Part shown: in pieces, positions 52,746 through 63,617 of the stretch
Layout of the letters: every line of letters starts with the position of its first letter
Numbering within the stretch: position 1 is the first letter of the stretch
From: Candidatus Eiseniibacteriota bacterium
Lineage (GTDB): Bacteria > Eisenbacteria > RBG-16-71-46
Assembly: GCA_963776245.1 (NCBI GenBank)
Contig: CAVZLN010000006.1
Coordinates: 256,001-320,000, forward strand
DNA: 64,000 nt
Reading direction: 5' to 3'
Program-made: the position numbers and the translations under genes
Notes under the pieces: generated by a model
Databases searched by the model: none
Told to the model about the DNA's origin: nothing
What the model saw: the letters and a program-made list of their open reading frames with translations, nothing else

Positions 52746-53059
52746 GACGCCCTCCGCAGCCGCGCGACGCCGACCGCGGCGCGTGCGGCGCGACGCGAAC
52801 CGAGACCGTGATAGGCGCGCGTCAGCTCGGCGAGCAGCGCGCGATAGCGGGCGGTGATGCTGGCCTCGGGCAGCCGCAGCGCGCGCGCGGCCTCGGCCGG
52901 GGTCAGGCGCTCGACCAGCAGCAGGGCGAGCATCATGCGCTCGCGCGGCGCGCAGTGTTCGAGCGCGTCGAGCAGGCGGCGCCGGATCACGCTGTCGGCG
53001 AGCGCGGGCCCGTCCGCGGGCGGGCGGCGCGGCGGCGGCGCGGCGCCGGCAGTCCTCAC
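52742..53059 (-). CDS. sigma70 region-4-only protein
   Basis: LDALEHCAPRERMMLALLLVERLTPAEAARALRLPEASI aligns by eye with region 4 of the neighbouring FliA ([36 protein letters not shown]). Confidence 0.7.
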   Translation of the reverse strand: MRTAGAAPPPRRPPADGPALADSVIRRRLLDALEHCAPRERMMLALLLVERLTPAEAARALRLPEASITARYRALLAELTRAYHGLGSRRAARAAVGVARLRRAS

Positions 53060-53458
53060 GCGGCCTTCCGCGGCGCGGGGCGGTACGGCGCGCGGCGCGG
53101 TCGAGGGCCAGGCGCACCGAGCGGCGGAGCGCGTCCATCGGGAACGGTTTCGGGAAGCACTCGGCGACCCCCGCCGCGCGCAGTTCGCGCAGCGTCTCGG
53201 GCGCGGCGTAGGCGGTGAGGATCACCACCGGCTGGGCGTGGCGACCACGGCCGTAGCTTGCGCGCGAGGTCGAGCCCGCTCATCCCGGGGAGCTTCGAGG
53301 TCGGAGATCACGAGGTCGCTGTGTCCGCCGTTGCGCAACCAGCCCCACGCCTCTTCGGCGGAGCGGAACGCGTCGATCGTGAACCCGTCGTCCGAGAGCC
53401 CTTCGGAAAGGGCCCAGGAGGTGGTGGGCTCGTCTTCGACGATCAGGATGTGGGGCAT
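53056..53458 (-). CDS. Single-domain response regulator (frameshifted)
   Basis: MPHILIVEDE, DLVISD, PGMSGLDL, VILTAY and FPKPF, spread across frames. Confidence 0.85.
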
Positions 53459-53497
53459 GGCGAGGCTCTCCGGGGTGAGGTCGCGGAGAACCCGTTT

Positions 53498-53513
53498 TGC
53501 AGTCGTCGTGCCA
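53498..53513 (-). promoter_or_regulatory. sigma54 promoter of the REC-sigma4-ORF-flhG-fliA operon
   Basis: TGGCAC-GACGA-CTGCA, 40 bp upstream of the ATG at 53458 and just downstream of a sigma54 activator gene. Confidence 0.8.
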
Positions 53514-53787
53514 GAGGTGGACGGCGGGCGCCGCAGGGCGGCCGTCGGGGTGGTCGCGGGGGCGAAGTGCGCCGGGATGGCGGCTGCATCCGGTTCGAGG
53601 TCAGCGGGTTAGCGCGGCACCTCAGGTGCCGCTGGGCCGCTGGGAATCGCTGTCCGGGGCGCCGGCCGCGGGGGCGTCGGCTCCGGGCGCGTCCCGCGTC
53701 TCAGAACGCCCGCTCAAGCGCGTTCCGCATGGTCACGCGCTCCGACCGTAACTGGCCGGCGGGCGAGCCGGAAGCGGCCGGCAGGGC

Positions 53788-55204
<1,417 letters not shown>

Positions 55205-56460
55205 GACGTTTCTCCACCGGGAAGTTGAGGAGCAGGGTCGTGCCGCGTCCTTCGCGGGTCGCCACCTCGATGGCGCCGCCGTGCTCCTGCATGATGGTCT
55301 GCGAGATCGCGAGCCCGAGTCCGGTCCCGCGCGACTTGGTCGAGAAGAACGGATCGAACATCTTCTCGAGCACCCCGCGCGGGATGCCGGGGCCGGTGTC
55401 GATGACGCGCACCTGCTGGAACTCGATGCGCGTGGCGTGCTCGCGGGCCCGGTGCCGCGATCGTCGGCCGCGCCGGCCCGGTCCGCGCGGCGGGGCGCGG
55501 CGGCGCACCTTGCGCACCTCGTAGCGCAGCGTGCCACCGGCCTCCATGGCCTGCACCGCGTTGAGGCTGATGTTGAGCAGCACCTGCTGCACCAGGTCGG
55601 GGTCGATGTAGAGCGTGCCCAGCCGCGGCGCGACGTCGCGCTCGACCGTCACCCGGGCCTGCGCGATCGGCTCGGCGAGCAGCTCGACCACGCGGTCGAC
55701 GCACGCGCCGAGCTCGGCGGGGCGCAGCTCGGGGGTGCGCGGGCGCGCGTACTGGAGCAGGCTGGCGACGATGCGGTCGAGCCGCGCCACCTCGTCGAGG
55801 ATGACCTGCACGAAGCGCGCGCGGTCGTCGCGGGGCTCGAATCGGCGCAGCAGCACCTGCGCGCTGGTGCCGATGCCGGCGAGCGGGTTGCGGATCTCGT
55901 GGGCCACGCCCGCGGAGAGCTGGCCGAGCGTGGCGAGGCGCTCCTTGCGCCGCAGCTCCTCCTGCAGGCGGCGGGTGCGCGTCAGGTCGTGGAGCACGAT
56001 CAACGCCCATCCCGGACGGTCCGAGCCGGGTGCCGTGCAGCAGCACCGGCACCTCCACCCCGCCCTCGCCGAGCAGCACGGTCTCGCGTTCGATGCGCGC
56101 GCGGCGCGCGAGGTCGCCCGACCGGGTCGTCGCCCGGCACGCATGCTGCGGAACAGCTCGCCGGCGGCGCGCCCGCGGGCGCGCGCCGCGCGCACGCCGA
56201 GCAGGCGCGCGGCCACCGGATTGAGCATGGCGACGCGGCCGCGCGGCGTCGAGCAGCACGACTCCGGCTTCGACGTCGGACATGAGTGCCCTGAACAGGG
56301 CATCGGGCGGCGGCATCCGTACCGCCGGGGCGCGCGGGGCGCGCTTCACGGGCATGACCGCTCCATGGCGCGGGCAGTATAGCCGCGCGGAGCCCATGGG
56401 CGATAGCGCCGTGATGCGGGTCGTGTGGCCGGAGCGGGCCGGGTGCGCGCGGCGCGCGGC

Positions 56461-56652
56461 TCAGCGGCGGCGCAGTTCCTCGAGGAGTTCGTCGACCAGC
56501 CGCGACTTCACGTCGTCGCGGTCGTACCAGCCGGCCGCGACGCGGGCCCGGGCCGTGGCGATGTGGGGCCAACGGATGTACTCGTCGATGCGCGCGGGCG
56601 CCTGGGCCGGGACGGCTGCCGGGCCGCGGGTGGAGCGTGAGGACGGGGTCAT
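56461..56652 (-). CDS. FlgM-like anti-sigma28 factor (63 aa)
   Basis: [32 protein letters not shown] resembles the FlgM C-terminal pattern (R..kV..lk..I..G.Y.vd...iA..ll). Its ATG overlaps the csrA stop. Confidence 0.6.
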   Translation of the reverse strand: MTPSSRSTRGPAAVPAQAPARIDEYIRWPHIATARARVAAGWYDRDDVKSRLVDELLEELRRR

Positions 56653-56975
56653 CGTTCCTCGACGCGGTCCGCGCGGGGACGCCGTGCGCGAGGAGCGCGC
56701 CGCGCCCACGACGGTCGGCCGCCGGTCGTCATCGCCCGGACGTTCAGAGCTTCCCGTTCGGATCCGCGCGGTCCGGGCGGGGTGTCGATCTTGGTTCCCT
56801 GCGCGCGACGGTTCTCTTCCTGGATGCGCGCGTAGATCTCCTCCCGGTGCACCTTGACCTCGGGTGGCGCCTCGATGCCGAGCTTGACCTGGCCGGAGCG
56901 GACCTCGAGCACGGTGATCTTCACCGTGTCCCCGATCCGGATGTTCTCTCCTAACTTCCTTGTTAGGACCAGCAT
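56649..56975 (-). CDS. csrA: Carbon storage regulator CsrA (long, Firmicutes/Spirochaete-like C-terminus)
   Basis: [55 protein letters not shown]. Confidence 0.96.
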   Translation of the reverse strand: MLVLTRKLGENIRIGDTVKITVLEVRSGQVKLGIEAPPEVKVHREEIYARIQEENRRAQGTKIDTPPGPRGSEREALNVRAMTTGGRPSWARRAPRARRPRADRVEER

Positions 56976-57029
56976 CTTCCTGAGTTCCTCCGCTCCTTGC
57001 CGGGGCCGGAGGGCGCCCGGACAGTCAGC

Positions 57030-57057
57030 GTATCGGCATGCGTCGCATGCCTCTTGA
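57030..57057 (-). promoter_or_regulatory. sigma28 promoter of csrA-flgM-like
   Basis: TCAAG-N15-GCCGATAC. The spacer overlaps the palindrome GGCATGCG-T-CGCATGCC (57035-57051). Confidence 0.75.
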
Positions 57058-57162
57058 GGCGAGAATAGACACATCCGGGGCCGGCGGCCAAGTGAGGACT
57101 CGCGCTTGACACCGCTGCGAGCGCTTGCGAGCCTGCAGCCGACCACTCCTCCGGAGGTGCGC

Positions 57163-59626
57163 ATGGAACGTGGCTGGCCTTCGCACCTGCTGTCATGGCT
57201 TCTCGTTCCGGCGGTCGCCCTGCTCGTGGCGTCGGCCCTGAGCCTGCCCCGGCGCGGGTACACCGGACTGGTGCCGCGCGGCGACGTGATCGAGAACGTC
57301 GATCCCGGCAGCCCGGGCGCGCGCGCGGGAGTGCGGCCGGGCGACCGCCTCGCTCCCACCCGCGCCGGCGAGGCCCCCGACGCGCCGCTCGTGGCGGCCA
57401 CGCCCGGGCGCCCGCTGACCCTCGTGCTCGAACGCGGCGGCGCGCAGCGGCGCGTCTGGCTCGCGCCCGAGACCCTGCCGCCGGGCGACTGGCGCAAGCG
57501 GGTCGGCCAGCTGCTGGTCGCCGCGGGATTCGTGCTGCTCGGCGGCTGGGTGTGGAGCGAACGACGCGATCCGCTGACGCGCGTCTTCCTGCTGTTCTGC
57601 CTGTCGTTCGCGGTGATGCTGGTGCCCCCTCCGGCTTTCGGGTCCGTCCACGTCACGCGCATCCACGAGCTGGCGATGACGGCCGCGCAGCTGTTCCTGC
57701 CCGCGCTGTTCGTCCACTTCTTCGCGCTGTTCCCCGAGTCGCGCGGCCCGCGCGGAGCGCTCGGCGCCACGGTGAGCGTGGGCTACGGGGTGGCGACCGT
57801 GCTGTTCGTCGCCGCCATCGCCCTCGAGGCGGTGCGGCTGGCGCGCCCGAGCACCGCCCAGGACGCCCTCGACGCGCTCCACATCTCGGCCGGAGCGTGG
57901 TTCGTGATGGGCCTGCTGTGGGCCCTCGCGCTGTTCGCCCGCTCCTATCTGCGCGCCGGCCCCCCCGACGCGCGCCGGCGGCTGCGCGTGGTGCTCGCCG
58001 GCACCGCGCTCGGCGTGATCCCGCTCGCGGGTCTGGTGGCGCTGCGCAACCTGGCGCCGGGCGTGGCGCTGCCGGGCGAGCGCTGGTCGCCGCTGCTCAC
58101 GCTGCTGGTGCCCGCGTCGTTCGCGTGGGCGATCGCGGTGCACCGCATCTTCGACTTCCGCGTCGCGCTGCGCGCGGGCATCGGCGCGCTGCTGGTGGCC
58201 GCGCTCTCGGGCGCGGCGTACGTCGTCGGCGAACGCATCGCGGCGGTGCGGCGCCCCGACCTCTCGGGCGGCATGGGCGGCGCCGCGCTCGCGTTCGTCA
58301 TCGCGGCGCTGGTGGTGGCGGGGCCGGTGCGCCGGCGCCTGCGGGTGCTCACCGGCGGCGAGGGCGGTGAGCGGCCGCTGGCCGAATGGACCGGGCACCA
58401 CCCGTTCGGGCACGACACCTCGGACTCGATCCTGTGCTCGGCGTGCGAGGTGCTCCATCAGGCGCTGCGCCTCGACGGCAGCGCCGTGCTGGTGCCGTCC
58501 CGTGGCGAGGGCCTGGTGGCGGCGAGCGCGGGGGCCTCGCCGGCGGTGCTGCTCGAACGCCTGCCGCTGGACCTCGCCGCCGGCCGGGTGGCGGCGCTCG
58601 AGGACGCGGCGCTCGAGCCCGCCGACCGCGCCGCGCTCGAGGACGCGGGCGCGCGCTGGCTGCTGCCGGTGGGCGAGGCCCCGGCGCGCGCCCTGTTCGT
58701 GCTCGGGCGCCGGCTCGCGGGCTCGTGGCTCGACCACGCGGAGATGGCCGAGCTGCAAGCGCTTCGCCGCTCGCATCGAACTGGCGCTCGAGAACGCGGC
58801 GCTGCGGCGCGAGGCGAGCACGCATGGCCGGCTCGACCGCTCGCTGCGCGAGGCGGGCGCGATCCAGGCGCATCGCCTGCCGCGGCGCGCGCCGGTCTTC
58901 CCCACGCTCGACTGCGCGGCCGCCGCGCTCTCGAGCGAGGCGGTGGGCGGCGACTACTACGACTTCGTCGAGGGACCGTCGCGCGATTTCACGCTCGCCG
59001 TCGGGGACGCGGCCGGGCACGGCGTCCCCGCGGCGCTCGTGCTCGCCGACGTGCAGGCGCGCTTCCGTGCCGCCGCCCAGCGTGGCCAGGCCCCGAGCGA
59101 GGTGCTCGCCGCGCTCAATCACGAACTGGTGCGCCACGGCGAGCCCGAGCACTTCGTGGGCCTGCTGTGCGCCCGGGTCGAGGCGCGCGAGGGCCGGGTG
59201 TGGATCGCCAACGCCGGCATCACCCCACCGGTGCTCCGCCGCCGCGACGGCACCACCAGCCAGCTGCTGGCGGGCGGGGTGCTGCTCGGGGTGCGCGCGG
59301 GCTCGGACTACCCCGAGGTGTGCGTCCAGCTCGCCGCCGGGGACCTGCTGGTCATCCACACCGACGGCCTCACCGAGGCCCGGCGGGGCGAGGAGATGTT
59401 CGGCGACGAGCGCGTCCGGGAGGTGCTCGACGCCCACGCCCACCGCCGGGCGGCCGACATCGTGCAGGCCCTGTTCGAGGCGGTGCGGGAGTTCGCCGAC
59501 ACCCCGCTCGACGACATCACGGTCCTGGTGCTGCGCCAGCTCACCGGGGGGCCCTCCGCCCCGGCCCCGGGCGGCCCGATCCCCACGCTCATGTCCACCG
59601 ACCTGCTGGCCGATACCGAGGGGTGA
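57163..59626 (+). CDS. Membrane PP2C/SpoIIE (RsbU-like) phosphatase with PDZ, multi-TM and GAF-like regions (frameshift near 58760)
   Basis: PDZ motif [16 protein letters not shown], many TM segments, [23 protein letters not shown] and DDITVLVL. Confidence 0.88.
59589..59616 (+). promoter_or_regulatory. Candidate sigma28 promoter inside the 3' end of the phosphatase gene
   Basis: TCATG-N15-GCCGATAC, about 100 bp upstream of the small ORF at 59715. Confidence 0.5.
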
Positions 59627-59714
59627 GGCGGAAGGATCGCCTCGGCGCCCGCGACCGGTCGTCACGGGCAAGTCCCCAAGGGACTGCGCAGGACGCGCGA
59701 AGCGGAGGTGGACG

Positions 59715-59771
59715 ATGGAGCTCGCCGTGGTTCTGGTGCTCCTGGATCTGCTCTGGTGGATCCGCCGCTAG
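59715..59771 (+). CDS. 18-aa hydrophobic microprotein MELAVVLVLLDLLWWIRR
   Basis: SD GGAGGTG before the ATG, GC3-rich codons, and a following AGGCC-GAAA-GGCCT hairpin. Confidence 0.55.
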   Translation: MELAVVLVLLDLLWWIRR

Positions 59772-60608
59772 GCCGAAAGGCCTGAATCATCCGGGCCCGC
59801 GGCGGGCCCGCGGGGCGCGGCAAGCGCCCCAGCGAGCTCCCGCGCCAGTGTGAGCACGCGATCAGCGGAGCCCCGCTGCGGGTCTTCGGACACGGCGCGC
59901 ATGAACGCCGCCCCCACGATGACGGCGTCGGCGACACCGCTCGAGCGCGCGCGCCTGGTCCGCGTTCGAGATCCCGAATCCCACCGCCACCGGCAGGGCG
60001 GCGCGCGCGCGCAGCGCGGCCACGCGCTCGGGCAGCGCCCCGCTCCAGCCTCCCGCGGCACTCCCGGTGACGCCGGTGCGCGCGAGGCAGTACACGAACC
60101 CCCGGCAACGCGCGAGCAGCAGCGGCACGCGCGCGGCCGCGGTGGTCGGCGCGACCAGCAGCACGGTGTCGAGGCCCGCCGCGTCGAACGCGGCCCACGC
60201 CTCGGGCGACTCCTCGGGCGGCAGATCGGAGACGATCAGCCCATCCACGCCCGCCGCGCGCGCGGCCGCCGCGAACTCGGCGGCCCCGGCCCGCACCACC
60301 GGATTGGCGTACGTCATCACCACCACCGGCAGGTCCGACTCGCGCCGCAGGGCGCGCACCACCTCGAACGCCTGCTGGGCTCCCACCCCGCGCGCGAGCG
60401 CCCACTCGGACGAGCGCTGGATCTCGGGACCGTCGGCGATCGGGTCGGAGAACGGGATGCCGATCTCGAGCGCGAGCACGCCGGCCCGCGCCAGCCCGCG
60501 CGCCATCTCGAGGGTGTCCTCGAGCGAGGGGTAGCCGGCCGTCAGGTACGGGATGAGCCCGGTCCGCCCGCGCCACGCCTGGAACGCGGGACCGATGCGG
60601 CTGGGCAT
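59768..60608 (-). CDS. trpA: Tryptophan synthase alpha chain (frameshift near 59950)
   Basis: LIPYLTAGYP, LEIGIPFSDPIADGPEIQ, MTYANP, DLPPEE, GVTG, VGFGIS and ADAVIVG. Confidence 0.93.
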
Positions 60609-60630
60609 GCGGGTGGGAGCGCGGGCGGGG

Positions 60631-61087
60631 CTACGGCAGCCAGCGCGGCTGAGCGTATCCCAGGCCGCCGTACTGCAGCGGCGAGCGCAGCTGATGGTAC
60701 TCGAAGGAGAACTGCGGTGTTCCCGCGCGGCTGCCAGTCCATCCGCAGCCCTTCGAGGAAGAACGGGTTCCTGCCCGAGGCGGCCGCGTCCGGGCCCCAG
60801 CTGTTGCCGAGGCTCACGCTCAGGGCGAACGGAGCGCGGAACTGATAGCTGAGGCTGGTCACCTGGAGCGCGTCGGTGCCGCGGCCCGAGAACCCCCCGA
60901 CCGTGACCGACGTCGAGACGTGCAGGCGCTGCGGATCGATCCAGGACGACGCGCGAGCGAGCGCGCTGGTGGGCACCGGAGGACGCCACGCGCCGAGCGA
61001 CGGGGCGCCGGACTGCCAGGATTGCGCGCTCGCGGGAACCGCCGCGAGGGCGAGCACGAAGGCGCACAGCACGATGTTCTGGCGCAT
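60631..61087 (-). CDS. Secreted hypothetical protein, beta-strand rich (frameshift near 60710)
   Basis: Signal peptide MRQNIVLCAFVLALAAVPASA, plus a TTGACA box upstream. Confidence 0.6.
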
Positions 61088-61161
61088 GGGTCGATAATGA
61101 TAACCGCGCGCCGCCCCTGTCAATGGCGACGGGGAGGCGCGGGTCCAGAGGGTGCAAAAGG

Positions 61162-62424
61162 TCAGGCGGCCTGTTCGTCCTCACCGAAGACGATGCGCAG
61201 CACGATCTCGCACGAGCTGTCGCGCGGCACCCGGATGGGGATGACGACCGGCTTGCGGCCCGGGTGAGCGGACGTCTGGGGCGCGGCCGCTTCCACCGCC
61301 CGCTCGGCCGGAGCGGGGACCACCACCGGGATGGTCCTCGTGACCGGCTCCCGCCGGCTCTCATGCGCGGGCTCGGGCATCGGCTCGGGACGCGTCGAGG
61401 TCTCGAAGTGCGCCACCGGCCGGGGGCGCGCCATGGGCGTGGGAGGCTCGGTGGTCTCCGGGCGCGCCGCGCCGACCGGCGCGTGCGGGGCGGGGACTCC
61501 CGCGCGGGGCGCCGGGGGCGGCGCGCTGGAGCGCGGAGCGGACGGCGCGGCGGCGGCGTGAGCCGCCACCGGAGCGGGCGGCGCCTTCGTCGGCGGCGGC
61601 GGCTCGAGCGCCTGCATCGCGTCGGGCAGCTCGATCTCGCGGCCGTAGTCCACGGCGCCGCGGCCGACCTCCATCACGGGAACGGGCGTCTCCGGCAGCT
61701 CGCGCTGGAGCGCGTGACCGCCCATACCGGGCAGCGCGGCCGGCTGGAAGGCGGCCTCGGCCGCGCGCGCGGGCCCCGGCTTGACCATTTCCTCCGGCGC
61801 CGCGGGGCGCGGCGCGGTGGTCGCGCTGGTGCGCCGCAGGTCCTTGGTCACCTTCTCCATCAGCAGGTGCGAGATGCCGCGGAAGGTCTCGAACACGCCC
61901 TTGCCCTGGGTCGCGACCGCTTCGAAGAACGGGACCTTGCCGCCCGGGTTGAGCTCGGCGTTGAGTTCCTCGACGGAGTAGAGGTTCGGCAGGTCGCGCT
62001 TGTTGTACTGGATCACCCACGGCAGCGCGTCGAGGCTGAGGTTGTACTCGGCCAGGTTGGCGCGCAGGTTGGCGAGGCTCTCCTTGTTCTCCTCCATCTT
62101 GCCGACCTCGGAGTCGGCCACGAACACGATCGCGTCCGCGCCCTTGAGCACCAGCTTGCGCGTGGCGTTGTAGAACACCTGGCCGGGGACCGTGTAGAGG
62201 AGGAAGCGCGTCTTGAAGCCCATGATCTCGCCGAGATCGAGGGGCAGCAGGTCGAAGAACAGCGTGCGGTCGGACTGCGTCTTCATGCTCACCATCTTGC
62301 CGCGGCTGGTCTCGGGGACCGCCTCGTAGATGGATTCGAGGTTCGTCGTCTTCCCGCTCAGGCCGGCGCCGTAGTACACCAGCTTGGCGTTGATCTCCTT
62401 GCCCGAATAGCTCACGACGACCAC
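61162..62424 (-). CDS. mglA: MglA-family small GTPase with long Pro/Ala-rich C-terminal extension
   Basis: KEINAKLVYYGAGLSGKTTNL, DRTLFFD, LYTVPGQVFYNATRK, VFVADS and QYNKRD. SD AAGGAGG precedes the GTG at 62424. Confidence 0.9.
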   Translation of the reverse strand: MVVVSYSGKEINAKLVYYGAGLSGKTTNLESIYEAVPETSRGKMVSMKTQSDRTLFFDLLPLDLGEIMGFKTRFLLYTVPGQVFYNATRKLVLKGADAIVFVADSEVGKMEENKESLANLRANLAEYNLSLDALPWVIQYNKRDLPNLYSVEELNAELNPGGKVPFFEAVATQGKGVFETFRGISHLLMEKVTKDLRRTSATTAPRPAAPEEMVKPGPARAAEAAFQPAALPGMGGHALQRELPETPVPVMEVGRGAVDYGREIELPDAMQALEPPPPTKAPPAPVAAHAAAAPSAPRSSAPPPAPRAGVPAPHAPVGAARPETTEPPTPMARPRPVAHFETSTRPEPMPEPAHESRREPVTRTIPVVVPAPAERAVEAAAPQTSAHPGRKPVVIPIRVPRDSSCEIVLRIVFGEDEQAA

Positions 62425-62672
62425 GGTCGATCCCTCCTTGTGCGACCCCACCCTGTCGCGAGGCAATCCCCCATGGAGCCCCTTGCCGCCCTTTCTCCAC
62501 AGGAACCTCGAGGGTGCGGTGAACCGTCCAGATAGTCGGTGCTTTCGCCGAGCCCGGACGGGCCGACGCGCACCGGATGGGGTCGCCACTCTCGTTACCG
62601 CCGCTGCGGCTCCCTGACGCGAGTCACGCCGCAATCGCCCGGCGCACCGCCGGACGTCTGCTGTCGGTGTGT

Positions 62673-62700
62673 CTATCGGCCCGGCGCCGCACGACCTTGA
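62673..62700 (-). promoter_or_regulatory. sigma28 promoter upstream of mglA
   Basis: TCAAG-N15-GCCGATAG, the same architecture as the csrA promoter. Confidence 0.75.
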
Positions 62701-62881
62701 GCGCGAAGACGGGGCGCCGGCGGAAAGGCCGCGGCGGCCGCGACGGCATGCCGAGGGGAGGTCCGGGAGGCGGGCGCCGGGGTGGCCGCCCATGGCAGGA
62801 CGGGCCCGGCCCGGGTCCCGGGCGCGCGGCCCCGCCGCGCGGGGCGGCGGGCGCGGGACGCTCCGGGGGGGTGAGCGGGGG

Positions 62882-63309
62882 TCAGGCCTCGTCGGCCAGC
62901 GCGGGGACCTGCGCGGTGGATCCAGATGCCCTGGCGCTCGTGGACCTGGGTCTGGATCCGTCCGCCCGCGGTCGGTAGTGCGAGAGGAAGATCTCCTTCA
63001 GCGTCCTCGGACTCCGTCGGACGGGAAGTACCGGCAGCGCGCGCGTGAACATGTCGTCGCGGCCGGAGTACACGAACGCGGTCACCTCGGTGACGCGCTC
63101 GTACTGGTTCTGGTCGTACGCGGCCTCGGGCGAGTCCTCCATGTCGAGCCACAGCGAGGCCATCGGCCGGACCACCTCGAAGTCGTGCGTGACTCGACAT
63201 GAGGTACTCCCACAGCCCGAAGATCTCGAGCGGGATGAAGCGCGACGAGCCCTGCGCCCGTGCTCCCCCTTCGCCGGATCTCGCAGCGCACCAGTTTCTG
63301 ACTGGACAT
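62882..63309 (-). CDS. Hypothetical protein (multiple frameshifts)
   Basis: SD AGGAGG and ATG at 63309. Protein-like segments MSSQKLVRCEI, RFIPLEIFGLWEYLM and SLWLDMEDSPEAAYDQNQYERVTEV lie in different frames. Confidence 0.6.
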
Positions 63310-63420
63310 CGCCGAACCCTCCTGGACTTCGATCCCTGGAACGCGGCGGGGTCACCGGCACCACGGAGGCGGCGCGCGGATGCTTCCGCGCGCTCCCACG
63401 GCGGATGGACCGTCGCGGAC

Positions 63421-63449
63421 ATGCTAGTCCGGGCCCGAACCACCGTCAA
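63421..63449 (-). promoter_or_regulatory. sigma70-type promoter
   Basis: TTGACG-N17-TAGCAT. Confidence 0.55.
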
Positions 63450-63540
63450 TCGCTGAGGTTGCGGCTGCCGGAAGGCGAGCGCGCACCCCTCACGCGAGAT
63501 CGCGCCCGGCGGGGCCGCCGCCACCCCGGCGCGGTACGTC

Positions 63541-63570
63541 TTGACAGTGCTTCCGACCAGCCCGTACGTT
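63541..63570 (+). promoter_or_regulatory. sigma70-type promoter
   Basis: TTGACA-N18-TACGTT upstream of the ATG at 63618. Confidence 0.5.
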
Positions 63571-63617
63571 GCCCCAGACGCCTGACCCAGCCCGCGGCGA
63601 CGGCCTCGTTCCACGGA

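Noticed and set aside
59715..59771. trp attenuator leader peptide (tandem Trp codons near trpA)
   Set aside because: It lies on the opposite strand at the 3' end of trpA, so it cannot attenuate that gene.
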